Source: an uncultured delta proteobacterium | GTDB taxonomy: Bacteria; Desulfobacterota; Binatia; DP-6 | DNA: 64,000 nucleotides | Assembly: GCA_963815115.1 (NCBI GenBank) | Contig: CAWFFN010000009.1 | Coordinates: 224,001 to 288,000, forward strand | Reading direction: 5' to 3' | Part shown: piece by piece, positions 53,340 through 63,947 of the stretch | How the letters are laid out: each line of letters opens with the position of its first letter | Position numbering within the stretch: the stretch's first letter is position 1 | Notes under the pieces: generated by a model | What the model was told of the DNA's origin: nothing | Databases searched by the model: none | The model's input: only the letters and a program-made list of their open reading frames with translations | Program-made: the position numbers and the translations under genes

Positions 53340-54295
53340 TGGCGCTGCTCGAGGTCCGCGATCTCCGGATGGCCTTCCCGACCCCCGCCGGCGAGGCGCA
53401 TGCCGTCGACGGGGTCAGCTTCGCGCTCGAGCGCGGTCAGGTGCTCGGGCTGGTCGGCGAGTCGGGCTGCGGCAAGAGCATGACGGCGCTCTGTCTCATG
53501 CGGCTCGTGCCGCCGCCGGGACGGATCACGGGCGGCCAGGTGCTGTTCCAGGACCGCGATCTGATGACCCTGCCGGAGCCGGAGATGCGCGCGCTGCGCG
53601 GGTCGCGGATGGCGATGATCTTCCAGGAGCCGATGAGCGCCCTCAATCCCGTGCTGAGCGTGGGGAACCAGGTCGCCGAGGCCGTTTTCCTGCACCGGCG
53701 TGTCTCGCGGCGCGAGGCCCGGCAGCGCGCCGTTGGCCTGCTCGGCGAGGTGGGGATATCCGATGCGGCGCGCCGGGCGGCCGACTATCCTCATCAGCTC
53801 TCCGGTGGGATGCGGCAGCGGGTGATGATCGCCATGGCCATCGCCTGCGAGCCCCTGCTGCTGCTGGCGGACGAGCCCACCACGGCGCTCGACGTGACGA
53901 TCCAGGCGGAGATTCTGGCGCTTCTCCGCACGCTCCGGGAGCGCCACGGGATGGCCGTCCTCCTGATCACCCACGACCTCGGCGTGGTGGCGGAGCAGGC
54001 CGACCAGGTGGCGATCATGTACGCGGGCCGGATCGTCGAGCACGCCGGGGTGGACGACCTCTTCACGCGGCCGCGCCATCCCTACACCCAGGCGTTGCTG
54101 CGCTCGATGCCCGCGCTCGGCACGCGTGTCGAGCGCCTGGAGGCGATCCCGGGGCAGGTGCCGAGCCTGACGCGGCTGCCCAGCGGCTGCGCGTTCCGCG
54201 ACCGCTGCCCGATCCACATCGACGCCTGTGCCGCGGCGGTGCCGCCGCTGGAGGAGAAGGCCCCGTCGCATCTGGCGGCCTGCATCCGGGCATGA
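53339..54295 (+). CDS. Oligopeptide/dipeptide ABC ATPase (OppD/DppD-like)
   Basis: [33 protein letters not shown]-terminal Cys motif. Confidence 0.93.
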   Translation: MALLEVRDLRMAFPTPAGEAHAVDGVSFALERGQVLGLVGESGCGKSMTALCLMRLVPPPGRITGGQVLFQDRDLMTLPEPEMRALRGSRMAMIFQEPMSALNPVLSVGNQVAEAVFLHRRVSRREARQRAVGLLGEVGISDAARRAADYPHQLSGGMRQRVMIAMAIACEPLLLLADEPTTALDVTIQAEILALLRTLRERHGMAVLLITHDLGVVAEQADQVAIMYAGRIVEHAGVDDLFTRPRHPYTQALLRSMPALGTRVERLEAIPGQVPSLTRLPSGCAFRDRCPIHIDACAAAVPPLEEKAPSHLAACIRA

Positions 54296-55275
54296 ACGGC
54301 ACCCCGCTCGTCGAGGCGCGCGCGCTGCGCAAGCACTTCCCGGTCGGGCGCGGACTCCTCGGCCGTCCGCACGCGGTCGTGCGCGCCGTCGAGGACGTCT
54401 CGCTCGACATCGCCGCGGGGGAGACGCTCGGGCTGGTGGGCGAGTCGGGCTGCGGCAAGTCCACCCTCGGGCGCTTGATCCTGCGACTGATCGAGCCGAC
54501 CGCCGGTGACGTGCGCTTCGACGGCCGTTCACTCCTCGAGCTCGGCCCGCGCGAGCTGCGCGCCATGCGGCGCGCGATGCAGATCGTCTTCCAGGATCCG
54601 TACGGCTCGCTGAATCCCCGCATGCGGGTGGCGCGCATCGTCGGCGAGGGGCTCGCGATCCACCACATCGGGACCCGGCAGGAGCGCGGCGACCGCGTGC
54701 GCGCGCTCCTCGACCTGGTGGGACTGCCCGTCGACGCCGCCGTGCGCTACCCGCACGAGTTCAGCGGAGGCCAGCGACAGCGCATCGGCATCGCCCGTGC
54801 GCTCGCCGTCGAGCCGCGCTTCATCGTCGCCGACGAGGCCGTGTCGGCGCTGGACGTGTCGATCCAGGCTCAGATCCTGAACCTGCTCCAGGAGCTGAAG
54901 CAGCGGCTCGGCCTCACGCTGCTCTTCATCTCGCACGACCTGCGGGTGGTCGAGCATCTCAGCGACCGGGTCGCGATCATGTACCTGGGGCGGATCGTCG
55001 AGATCGGCCCTCGCGATCTGGTCTACGGCGATCCGCACCATCCCTACACGCGCGCGCTGCTCTCGGCCGTGCCGGTCCCGGACCCGCGCCGGCGGGTGGC
55101 ACCACCGCCGCTCGGCGGGGACGTTCCGAGCGCGTTGTCACCACCCTCCGGCTGTGCCTTCCATCCGCGCTGTCCGTACGCCCAGGACGTCTGCCGGCGC
55201 GTGACCCCGCCGCTCGAGGCGGGACGTACGCCGCGCGCCGTGGCGTGCCACGTGTTCCCGGCCGAGCCGAGCTAG
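54292..55275 (+). CDS. Oligopeptide/dipeptide ABC ATPase (OppF/DppF-like)
   Basis: [41 protein letters not shown]. Confidence 0.93.
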   Translation: MNGTPLVEARALRKHFPVGRGLLGRPHAVVRAVEDVSLDIAAGETLGLVGESGCGKSTLGRLILRLIEPTAGDVRFDGRSLLELGPRELRAMRRAMQIVFQDPYGSLNPRMRVARIVGEGLAIHHIGTRQERGDRVRALLDLVGLPVDAAVRYPHEFSGGQRQRIGIARALAVEPRFIVADEAVSALDVSIQAQILNLLQELKQRLGLTLLFISHDLRVVEHLSDRVAIMYLGRIVEIGPRDLVYGDPHHPYTRALLSAVPVPDPRRRVAPPPLGGDVPSALSPPSGCAFHPRCPYAQDVCRRVTPPLEAGRTPRAVACHVFPAEPS

Positions 55276-55359
55276 CAGGCTTCCCCCGCCTGCCTCTCCG
55301 CGGGTGTTCTCCGCGAGTCGGTGCCTGGGTCTGTGCACGGAGGTGAGTTGTCTTGAAAC

Positions 55360-55376
55360 AAGGTAGTTCTTGACAC
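55360..55376 (+). promoter_or_regulatory. 17-bp motif AAGGTAGTTCTTGACAC containing TTGACA; candidate PadR operator
   Basis: 15/17 identical to the motif upstream of padR (63338-63354, minus strand); CAAG-N6-CTTG dyad. Confidence 0.55.
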
Positions 55377-55405
55377 GAGTGAGATGACCGTGGTGAGTGC
55401 GAGCG

Positions 55406-57973
55406 ATGAGGGCGGCGCTCTCGCTCAGGATGGCGTACCGCCACGTGAGGTCGGCGTGGGTGCGCATGGCGCTCAGCGTGCTGGCGGTCGGGCTGGCCGT
55501 CAGTCTGGTCGTTGGCATCCGGCTGATGAACGGGGCGGTCCTCGCATCCTTTCTCGATGCCGTGGAGGCGATGGGCGGCCGTGCGGCGCTCACCATCACG
55601 GGCGCCGATGGAGCCAGCTTCCCGGATGCGCTGGTCGACGCGGTGGCGAAGGTGCCGGGCGTGAAGCTCGCCGTACCACTGGTCAGCAGCATCGCGTTTC
55701 CCGACGACGAGACCGGCGAGCTCCTCACGGTCCACGGCGTCGACTTCACGCACGACGCGGACGTGCGGCTGTACCACGAAGGTGATGCGGACGAGATTCT
55801 GGACGATCCCATCGTGTTCCTGAACGATCCCCGCTCGGTGGTGCTCACGAGACAGTTCGCCGAGGAACGCGGGCTGGAGCTCGGGCAGGCGATCCGACTG
55901 GCCACCCCCACCGGCGTGCAACCGTTCACGATTCGCGGGTTGCTCGAACCGCAGGGTCTCGCGCGCGCCCTCGGGGGCCGTCTCGTCGTGATGGATCTCT
56001 ACGCCGCTCAGCGCGCCTTCGCCTCCGACGGCCGCATCAACCAGATCGACCTCGTTCTCGACCAGGGGATGGATGCGGACGCCGTCAGGACACAGCTGAC
56101 GACGCTCCTTCCCACGGGGCTCGAGGTGCGCGAGCCGGCGGCACGCAAGGAGGTGGTGAGTCAGAGCATCGCGGCGTTCCAGTCGATGCTCACCGCGTTC
56201 GGCCTCCTCGCCGTCTTCGCGGGCTTCGTGATCTGCTACACGCGACTCGGGGCGATCTTCGAGGCGCGGACCTGGGAGGTTGGCCTGTTCCGCGCCGGCG
56301 GGCTGCGCCGCTCCGTCGTCTTCTGGGAGCGTCTGAAGGAGAGTCTCCTGCTCGGCGCTGCGGGCGCGGCGGTCGGGATTCCCCTGGGGTTCGTCATCGC
56401 AAAGTTCGGCCTGCCGGTCCTCGCCACCACCACGTCTCTCGCCTCGGGCCTGCCGGTCGCGGTGGCCAATCCCGCTCTCGAGCCCGGCGACGTCATCTTC
56501 GGCGTAACCCTGGGTCTCTGCGCTGCGGTTGCGGCGGCGATCGTTCCAGCGATCCGGACGGCACGCACGAGCCCGGTGGCGGCGCTCACCATGCGCGGCC
56601 GCGAGACATCACCGGCCACCGTGCAACCGACGTGGCGGGGTCCGGCGATCCTCGCCCTGCTGATCGCTGGCCTCCTCGTGGCGCAGCGCCTGTCGGGCGT
56701 GCGAGCCATCGGCCTCGTCACCACCTCCAGCATCGTGCTCATGGGGTGTCTGCTGGCGACTCCGCTCGTCGGCTACGGCGCCCGGTTGCTGAAGATACTC
56801 TGGAGCCGCGGGTTCGGTATGGCCGGCCGCGTCGCGGCGAGCCATCTCGCCCGCCACCCGCGTCGCACGGCCCTGGTGACGGCCACGCTCGGCGTGGGGC
56901 TGGGCAGCGTGCTCATGCTCGCCATCCTCGGGTGGAGCTTCGAGCAGAGTCTCGTGTCCACTCTCAGCCGCCGGATGAAGGCGCCGCTGCTGGTCACGTC
57001 GGCGTTCCCTGCCGGGGGCTATCTATACGCACCGATGAGCCAGGAGGTGGTGGGCGAGCTGGTGCGCGTTGCCGGTGTGGCGAAGGTGGTTGGCGAGCAG
57101 AACCGCGACATCAACTACGGAGGCGGCTCCGTTCACCTGGTCGCGTTCGACCCCGATGGTTTCACCGATCATCGGGTTGCGGACTGGCCGATCGACGAGG
57201 GGGACTCAGATAGTGCGCTTCGCGCCCTGGCGAGCGGCGAGGGCGTCGCCGTGACGAGGGGGTTCGCGAACCTCCACGGAACCAGGCCCGGCGACAGCAT
57301 CGAGCTGAGGACGTTGCAGGGGCCACACACCTTCGAGGTGGTGGCGATCACGAGTGGCGTTCTCGAGAGTGCGGTGGTCATGAGTCGCGAGCTCTACCGG
57401 CCGCTGTGGAATGACAGCGTCGTCTCCTGGATCGATGTCGTGGTCGAGGAAGGAAGCGACCCCAAGACGGTGGCCGCGGCAATCGCTTCGAACCTCGGTC
57501 GCAGCCATCGCCTCCGCGTCTGGGAGAACGCCGCGCTCCTCGACCACTTCGCCAGCCAGGCGCGTCAGGCGTTCAGTGTGCAATACGTCATGGCGGCGAT
57601 TGCCCTTCTGCTCGTTCTCGTCGGAGTCGGCGATACGCTCGCCGCGAGCGTCACCGCCCGCACCCGGGAGATCGGCATGATGCGAGCCGTGGGCCTGTCT
57701 CGATCCGGCGTCGTGCGCATCGTGATCCTCGAGGGGATGGCCATCGCAGTGCTCGGACTTGTCCTGGCGGGTGCGGTCGGGCTCGCGCTCGGTGTGTTCT
57801 GGGTGGAGGTGCAGTTTCCAGCCTTCCTCGGCTGGGGTCTTACCTTGCACCTTCCCATGGCCTTTATCCTCGCCACCGCGGTCATCACGCTGACCTTGTG
57901 TCTGGCCGGATCTCTGCTCCCGTCGCTCCGGGCCGCGTGGCTCCCTGTCACGGTAGCGCTGCGAACCGAGTGA
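55406..57973 (+). CDS. FtsX/MacB-type ABC transporter permease with two FtsX domains
   Basis: Two periplasmic-domain plus TM units; RTWEVGLFRAGG and RTREIGMMRAVG FtsX motifs. Confidence 0.9.
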   Translation: MRAALSLRMAYRHVRSAWVRMALSVLAVGLAVSLVVGIRLMNGAVLASFLDAVEAMGGRAALTITGADGASFPDALVDAVAKVPGVKLAVPLVSSIAFPDDETGELLTVHGVDFTHDADVRLYHEGDADEILDDPIVFLNDPRSVVLTRQFAEERGLELGQAIRLATPTGVQPFTIRGLLEPQGLARALGGRLVVMDLYAAQRAFASDGRINQIDLVLDQGMDADAVRTQLTTLLPTGLEVREPAARKEVVSQSIAAFQSMLTAFGLLAVFAGFVICYTRLGAIFEARTWEVGLFRAGGLRRSVVFWERLKESLLLGAAGAAVGIPLGFVIAKFGLPVLATTTSLASGLPVAVANPALEPGDVIFGVTLGLCAAVAAAIVPAIRTARTSPVAALTMRGRETSPATVQPTWRGPAILALLIAGLLVAQRLSGVRAIGLVTTSSIVLMGCLLATPLVGYGARLLKILWSRGFGMAGRVAASHLARHPRRTALVTATLGVGLGSVLMLAILGWSFEQSLVSTLSRRMKAPLLVTSAFPAGGYLYAPMSQEVVGELVRVAGVAKVVGEQNRDINYGGGSVHLVAFDPDGFTDHRVADWPIDEGDSDSALRALASGEGVAVTRGFANLHGTRPGDSIELRTLQGPHTFEVVAITSGVLESAVVMSRELYRPLWNDSVVSWIDVVVEEGSDPKTVAAAIASNLGRSHRLRVWENAALLDHFASQARQAFSVQYVMAAIALLLVLVGVGDTLAASVTARTREIGMMRAVGLSRSGVVRIVILEGMAIAVLGLVLAGAVGLALGVFWVEVQFPAFLGWGLTLHLPMAFILATAVITLTLCLAGSLLPSLRAAWLPVTVALRTE

Positions 57974-58018
57974 GGTCCGCGCTGAGGGCGTGTGCCGGTG
58001 TCCGATCGTCGACGGTGG

Positions 58019-59320
58019 TCAGGTCGCGGAGGGCCCGGCGCCGAGCACGTCGCCAATTGCAGCCGCCGCGTATGCGAGATCGCTCTCGGTGTGGCCAACG
58101 GTCACGAAGCAGCGCAGGCGCTCCGTGCCCGGCTGAACCCCGGGCGGTATGACCGCATTCACGAAGACTCCGCGCTCGAGGAGGGCGGAGGCCGCAGCGA
58201 GTGTCCGAACGCGTTCGCCGACGCGGACCGGTATGACCGCGCTCTCGCTCCCGAAGGTGTCCAGGCCACGGCTGGCGAGCGCCGACCGGAAGAACGCTGC
58301 GTTGTGTTGCAACCGGGCAACGCGTTCCGGCTCCTGCTCGAGGATCTCGACCGCCGCCAACGCGGCGCCGACGTCCGCCGGTGTCATCGCCGCCGAGTGG
58401 ATGCTCGCGTGCGACGCGTACCGCAGGACCATGGCGATCGAGGCATCGACGGCGGCGAAGCCGCCGACCGCTGACAGGGCCTTGCTCAGGGTTCCGATCC
58501 GGATGTCGATCGCCGCAGGGTCGATTCCGAAGTGCTCGGTCGCACCCCGACCGGTCGAGCCGAGAACTCCAAAAGCGTGAGCCTCGTCAGCGAGCAGGTA
58601 GGCGCCATGTCGACGGGCGATCTCCACGAGCGCGGGAAGAGGGGCGAGGTGTCCTTCCATCGAGTAGGCCGTTTCGACGACCACGAGGCGGCGGCGGATC
58701 GATGACGAGCGGTCCAGTATCTTCTCGAGATGGCGAAGATCGTTGTGCGCGAAGCGCTTGAGCGAAGCCCGCGACAGGAGCGCTCCGTCATACAAAGAGC
58801 GATGGGCGAGGCGATCGAGGATGATCAGGTCACCTGGACCGAACAAGGCAGAGATCACCGACACGTTCGTCGCGTAGCCGCTCGAATAGGTGACGGCACG
58901 CGGAGCACGCACGAATGCCGCCAGGCGCTGCTCGAAGTCCCAGTGGACACGCGTCGTCCCGCACAGCACGCGCGTTCCGCCGGCGTGCGTACCGTGGCGC
59001 TCGATGGCGGCAATGCTCGCCGCCTTTACCCGCGGGTCATTCCCCAGGCCGAGGTAGCCATAGGCGGCCAGATTGATGACGGACAGGCTGGGATCGGCGA
59101 CCTCGTTGAACTCCACTCGTCCGGGAGGCCCGAGCACGGTTCTCTCGCCGATCGCTCCGAGATTCTGCCGGTCGTAGATTCCGGCGAAGGGTGACGCCCC
59201 GAGCGTCACGAGGTTCGTGACGGCATCCAGGAGCCGAGGAGAGCTCTTGACGAGATCGTGAGGCTCGACGTCCCTTGGCGTGGATATCGGTTGGGAAAGG
59301 TTCACGGCCTGACCGCTCAT
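58019..59320 (-). CDS. PLP-dependent alpha-oxoamine synthase (BioF/serine palmitoyltransferase/Kbl family)
   Basis: YLGLGNDP, SSGYATN, DRLAHRS, FAHND, YSMEG, DEAH, GTLSK (PLP Lys). Confidence 0.88.
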   Translation of the reverse strand: MSGQAVNLSQPISTPRDVEPHDLVKSSPRLLDAVTNLVTLGASPFAGIYDRQNLGAIGERTVLGPPGRVEFNEVADPSLSVINLAAYGYLGLGNDPRVKAASIAAIERHGTHAGGTRVLCGTTRVHWDFEQRLAAFVRAPRAVTYSSGYATNVSVISALFGPGDLIILDRLAHRSLYDGALLSRASLKRFAHNDLRHLEKILDRSSSIRRRLVVVETAYSMEGHLAPLPALVEIARRHGAYLLADEAHAFGVLGSTGRGATEHFGIDPAAIDIRIGTLSKALSAVGGFAAVDASIAMVLRYASHASIHSAAMTPADVGAALAAVEILEQEPERVARLQHNAAFFRSALASRGLDTFGSESAVIPVRVGERVRTLAAASALLERGVFVNAVIPPGVQPGTERLRCFVTVGHTESDLAYAAAAIGDVLGAGPSAT

Positions 59321-59326
59321 AGGACC

Positions 59327-61907
59327 TCACTCGTTGCGCAACGCAGCCGGTACGGCAAGACGTGCAGCTCGGAGGGCGGGTAGGAGCGAGCCTGCAAGGC
59401 ACAGCAATAGAGTGACCACGGCCATGACGATCATGGAGACGACCGGCGGATGCAACTCGAGGTTCCAGCCGAGGATAGCCGGGAATTGCACGTCGACCCA
59501 GAAAACGCCCAACGCTATCCCGAGCATTCCGGCTAGCAACAAGCCCATCACCGCGATTCCCGCACCCTCCAGGAGCACCATCTCGAGGACCCGAGAGCGG
59601 TAGCAGACCAATCGCGCGCATCATTCCGATCTCTCTGGTGCGGGCATTGACTCCCGCCGCCAGAGTATCGCCAATGCCGACCAGCACGAGCAGGAGCGCG
59701 ATACCCTCCGTTAGGTAGAGCACGCTGAACGCTTGCCGGGCCTGGCCGGCGAAGTGCTCGACCATCGCTGCACTGGTCAAGATACGGAGGCGGTGCGTCT
59801 CGCCAAGCTCGCTAGCGATAGCCGCCGCAACTTCTTCGGGTGTATGACCTTCTGCCACTGCTACGCGTATCCACGTGACCAAGTCATCGTTCCACAGATC
59901 CGGCTATAGAGCGCTCGGCTCATAAGAACTGCGCTCTGGGGCCGACCGCTAGTGAGCGCGGCCACCTTGAACGTGCGGGGTCCCTGCATGGTTGTGAGTC
60001 GATCGTCGTCTCCCGGCCGAGTCCCATGCAGATTGGCGAACGACTGCGAAACGAGCACGGCTTCGCCTTCGCGACGGACCTAAGTGCGTCGGAGCGCGTT
60101 AGCCTCCAACGCCCAGTCGCATACCCGACGGTCGAGTGAAGCAGGACGGATCATAGCGGATGCGAGGAGGGTGGACTCGATTAGCATACCTGATGTCTCG
60201 CTCCTGCTCTCCGACTGCGACGGCAACGCCTGGGACCTTTTCGAATCGTCCTCGACGAGGCTCTCGCTCATCGGCGCGCTGCGATGAGCCCCCAGCCGTG
60301 AACGGAGATGTCACTATCGAGTTGCGCGCGTGATACCGCCGAGTCAGGGCAGATACGAGGCTACTCTCAAAGCTCCAACCCAGGATGCCCAGCATCAACA
60401 CGCTGCCCAGGCCAATTCCCAATGTCGCAACCGTCAGCGCCGTGCGCCGCGGGTTTCGCACGAGATGCCCGGCCGCGACCCGGCCTCCGGGCCCGAACCA
60501 CGCGCTCCATAGAAGCTTCAGGAAGCGGCTCCCGTAGCCCACGAACGGTGTCGCTAGGAGGCCTCCCCCGATCACAATCAAGGCCGTCGTGACGAGGCCG
60601 AGGGCCCTAATCCCGGACACGTGCTGGGCGATGAGAAGCGCGCCGACCAGAACGCCCACCAGGGCGGGCCACCGCCATTTCGGGGGTGGCACCGGCGACG
60701 GCATCTCCCTCCCGCGCATCGTCAATGCCGCGACGGGATGCGTCCGGGACATCCGCAACGCCGGCACCACGGCAGCGGCCACGGCCGCTCCGATTCCCAG
60801 TGCGAGTCCGAGGAGGATGTCGGGCAACGTGAGACCGAGCTTCGCTTCCGGGACCGGTAGGTTGGAGGCCAGAGCGGTCGTCGTCGCCAGGAACGGCAGT
60901 CCGACGCGCGCCACCAGCACGCCCAGAGGAATGCCGAGCGCTGCTCCGGCCGCTCCCAGAAGCACGCTCTCCTTCAGAAGCTCCCGGAACACCGCCGAGC
61001 GCCGCAACCCCCCCGCGCGCAGCAGCCCCACCTCCCACGTGCGCGCCTCGAAGATCGCTCCGAGGCGGCTGTAGCAGATGACGAAGCCGGCCACGACGGC
61101 GAGCAGTCCGAAGGCGGTCAGCATGGACTGGAACGCCGCCACGCCGTCGCGCACGACCTCCTTGCGCAGCGCCGGCTCCTGGACCTCGAGGCCCGGCGGC
61201 ATCGCCGCCGCCAGGGCGGTCCGCGTGGCGGCCACGTCGGTCTCCGGGTCGATGACGATATCGATCTGGTTGATCTGGCCGTCCGCGGCGAACGCCCGCT
61301 GCGCGGCGTAGAGATCCATCACCACGAGCCTGCCGCCCAGAGCACGCGCCACGCCCTGGGGCTCGAGCAGTCCCCGGATGATGAAGTCCTTCACCCCCGT
61401 CGGCGTCACCAGTGGGACCTGCTGCCCGACGGCGAGACCGCGTCGCGCGGCGAACTCGCGTGTGAGGATGACCGAGCGCGGGTCGTTCAGGAAGACGAGC
61501 GGATCGTCGAGGATCTCGTCGACGCCCTCCCCCTGGTCGTAGAGGCGAACGTCCGCTTCGTGCCCGAAATCGACACCGTGCACGGTGAGGAGCTCACCGC
61601 TGGAGTCGTCCGGAAACGCGACCCCGGTGACGAGCGGGACCGCGAGCTTGACGCCGCGCACGCCGGCGGCCGTCTTGGCGACCTCTTCCGGGAAGGTGGC
61701 GTTGTCGCGCGCCGTGATCGTCAGGGCGGCGCGTCCCCCGACCGCGTCAACCGCGTCGAGGAAGGACTGCAGCACGGCCGTGTTCATCAGCCGGATGGCG
61801 ACGACCAGCGCCACACCGAGGGCCACCGCCACGATGCTCAGCGCCATGCGCCCGACGGCCGAGCGCACGTGGCGGTACGCCAGCGTGAGCGACAGCGCGG
61901 CCCTCAT
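59327..61907 (-). pseudogene. Second FtsX/MacB permease paralog with several frameshifts at about 59600-60340 (real decay or sequencing error)
   Basis: Collinear with 55406-57973 from MRAALSL to ALRNE; the 3' third is split over ORFs 60080-60271, 59861-60058, 59037-59882 and 59327-59611. Confidence 0.75.
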
Positions 61908-62635
61908 CGATCACTTGCCACCAGGGTCAACTCGCTCGTCCGCTCGGGAACGCGCACGTCGCGAATGACGCGGCCGTCCTGCATCTCCAGGGTACGCTCG
62001 CCGTACATGGCCGCGAAGAGATTGTGGGTGACCATGACCACCGTGACGCCGGCCGACCTGTTCAGGGCTGCCAGCATGTCGAGGATCAGCTGGCCCGTGT
62101 GCGAATCGAGGTTTCCGGTGGGCTCGTCCGCGAGCAGGATCGACGGATGGCCGACGATGGCGCGCGCGATCGCGACGCGCTGCTGCTCGCCACCCGACAG
62201 CTCGCCGGGGTAGCGCCGCTCGCGATCGGTCACGCCGACCTGCTGCAAGGCTGCCGCCGTCATGCGGCGCACGTCGGCCTTGGACCGACCGGCGAACTCG
62301 AGGAAGAGGCCGACGTTCTCCTCGACGGTCAGCGCGGGTATCAGGTTGAACGCCTGGAAGATGAAACCGATCCTGTGAAGGCGAAGATCGGCCAGCTCGT
62401 GATCGGCGAGTGTGCCGAGGTTGACGCCGTCGAGGACGACCTGGCCGCTGTCGGGCACATCGAGACCGGCGATCAGGTTGAGAAGCGTCGTCTTGCCCGA
62501 GCCGCTCGGTCCCATCAGCGACACGAAGGCGCCTTTGCGAACCTCGAGGTCGAGGTTCGCGAGAGCCCGGCTGGCTTGCGCGCCCGTGCCGTAGCTCTTC
62601 GTGACCCCGGACAGCCGGATGGCGACTTCGCTCAC
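61904..62635 (-). CDS. ABC transporter ATP-binding protein (MacB/LolD family)
   Basis: GPSGSGKTT, GFIFQAFNL, LSGGEQQR, ADEPTGNLD, VTH. Confidence 0.95.
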   Translation of the reverse strand: MSEVAIRLSGVTKSYGTGAQASRALANLDLEVRKGAFVSLMGPSGSGKTTLLNLIAGLDVPDSGQVVLDGVNLGTLADHELADLRLHRIGFIFQAFNLIPALTVEENVGLFLEFAGRSKADVRRMTAAALQQVGVTDRERRYPGELSGGEQQRVAIARAIVGHPSILLADEPTGNLDSHTGQLILDMLAALNRSAGVTVVMVTHNLFAAMYGERTLEMQDGRVIRDVRVPERTSELTLVASDR

Positions 62636-63243
62636 TACGAAGAAACTCCGGGGCGGCGACGGGCGGGCCGCCTCTGGGCGATCGGCTCGGATGCCTCCAC
62701 CTCCTCGGTGCGAGGGGGACAGAGCGTGGTGTCGATCTGCATGCGGAGCTCCTTCAAGAACTCGAGATCCGCTTCGACCTGCTTGAGGCGCCGCGCCAGC
62801 AGCACCGGCAGTGGATTGTACTTGCCGGGCGCATTCGCGGCGGCGTCCTGGAGCGCATCGTCGTGTCGCCGCGCGAGCGCCTTGCCCTGCATCCAGAGCT
62901 CTTCTTGCCAGCGATCCAGGAGGCGCGTCAGGGCCTCTCGCGGAACGCGGTCGACGAAGAGGAGTCGCTCGCAGATCTCCTCGCTACCGCCTGACGACAC
63001 CAGCCACCGGTCGAACACCTGCGTGCCAGGGGTGGTGATCTGGTATGGAATCCGCCGCGGATCGGCTTCGGGGGGGTTCGTGCCGGTGCTGATCAATCCC
63101 TGGGTCGCGAGCCGGGCCAGCACACGGTAGAAGCTGCCCGCGCTCGCCTGGTTGCCTGATCGCGCTTTGTACTCGCTCATGAGCTGGTAGCCGTGGTGTG
63201 GCTGCCCGTCCCGAAGCAGTCCGAGGAGCATGTGCACGAACAT
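62635..63243 (-). CDS. PadR family transcriptional regulator
   Basis: LLGLL...HGYQL...GSFYRVLARL..GLI...RRIPYQIT..G; C-terminal helical extension. Confidence 0.88.
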   Translation of the reverse strand: MFVHMLLGLLRDGQPHHGYQLMSEYKARSGNQASAGSFYRVLARLATQGLISTGTNPPEADPRRIPYQITTPGTQVFDRWLVSSGGSEEICERLLFVDRVPREALTRLLDRWQEELWMQGKALARRHDDALQDAAANAPGKYNPLPVLLARRLKQVEADLEFLKELRMQIDTTLCPPRTEEVEASEPIAQRRPARRRPGVSS

Positions 63244-63337
63244 CGGCGTCCCCCTTCAGAGCCTGTGGTTCCCCTGCGGCTGACCTCGAGATCGCGGCAT
63301 CACCGACCTGCCTGCAGATAGTGTCACGTGGGCCGGG

Positions 63338-63354
63338 GTGTCAAGGATTACCTT
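63338..63354 (-). promoter_or_regulatory. 17-bp motif AAGGTAATCCTTGACAC (AAGG-N4-CCTT dyad overlapping TTGACA) upstream of padR
   Basis: A/T-rich patch about 95 nt upstream of the padR ATG; repeated at 55360-55376. Confidence 0.6.
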
Positions 63355-63521
63355 TAGTTAGTCGCCCGGAGTGCGTGCACGGCACCGAATAGCGCGCGCT
63401 GCTCGCGAACGCTCCGCGCGCCGAGCGGCGCGGTATCTTCGAGTCGTCGGGTCCCGCATGACGCGGCGCGCGCGTGGAAGACCGGCGGCTTCCTCCGCGC
63501 AGAGATGGCCCTTCGGGCGGA

Positions 63522-63550
63522 TTTACAGGTCCACCGCAGGACCCTATACT
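63522..63550 (+). promoter_or_regulatory. Sigma70-type promoter for the bactofilin gene
   Basis: TTTACA-N17-TATACT, followed by GGAGG RBS and ATG at 63597. Confidence 0.7.
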
Positions 63551-63596
63551 CCCGCCCCTCGCGAGGTGGGGTGGTGTGGTCGGGAGGATCAGAACG

Positions 63597-63947
63597 ATGT
63601 GGGAAGACGTGCGCATTTCGCTGGGTTCCGATGCCGAGGCGAGCGGTCGGCTCTCATTCGTCAGCCCGACTCGCATCGAGGGTAAGCTGAAGGGCGAGGT
63701 CCGGTCGTCCGATCTGCTCGTCGTCGGGCCGCAGGGCATGGTGCAGGCGACGGTGCGGGCCGACAAGCTGGTGGTGCTCGGCGAGGTCCGTGGCGAGGTC
63801 CTGGGCGCGAGCCGCGTGGAGATCTGCGCCGGCGGACGGCTCTTCGGCGACGTCGAGACTCAGAGCCTCGTCGTCCACGAGGGGGCCACCTTCGAGGGAC
63901 GCTCGCGGATGGCCGGCCAAGCCACTGCTGCAGCCGGCACGTCCTGA
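63597..63947 (+). CDS. Bactofilin (polymer-forming cytoskeletal protein)
   Basis: RIEGKLKGEV...LVVGPQG.V...VVLGEVRGEV...LVVHEGATFEGRSRM beta-helix repeats. Confidence 0.9.
   Translation: MWEDVRISLGSDAEASGRLSFVSPTRIEGKLKGEVRSSDLLVVGPQGMVQATVRADKLVVLGEVRGEVLGASRVEICAGGRLFGDVETQSLVVHEGATFEGRSRMAGQATAAAGTS

Noticed and set aside
59590-60345. Programmed ribosomal frameshifting or a DGR variable region in the second permease
   Set aside because: Several irregular indels with no slippery site; no reverse transcriptase or adenine-specific template repeat in the window
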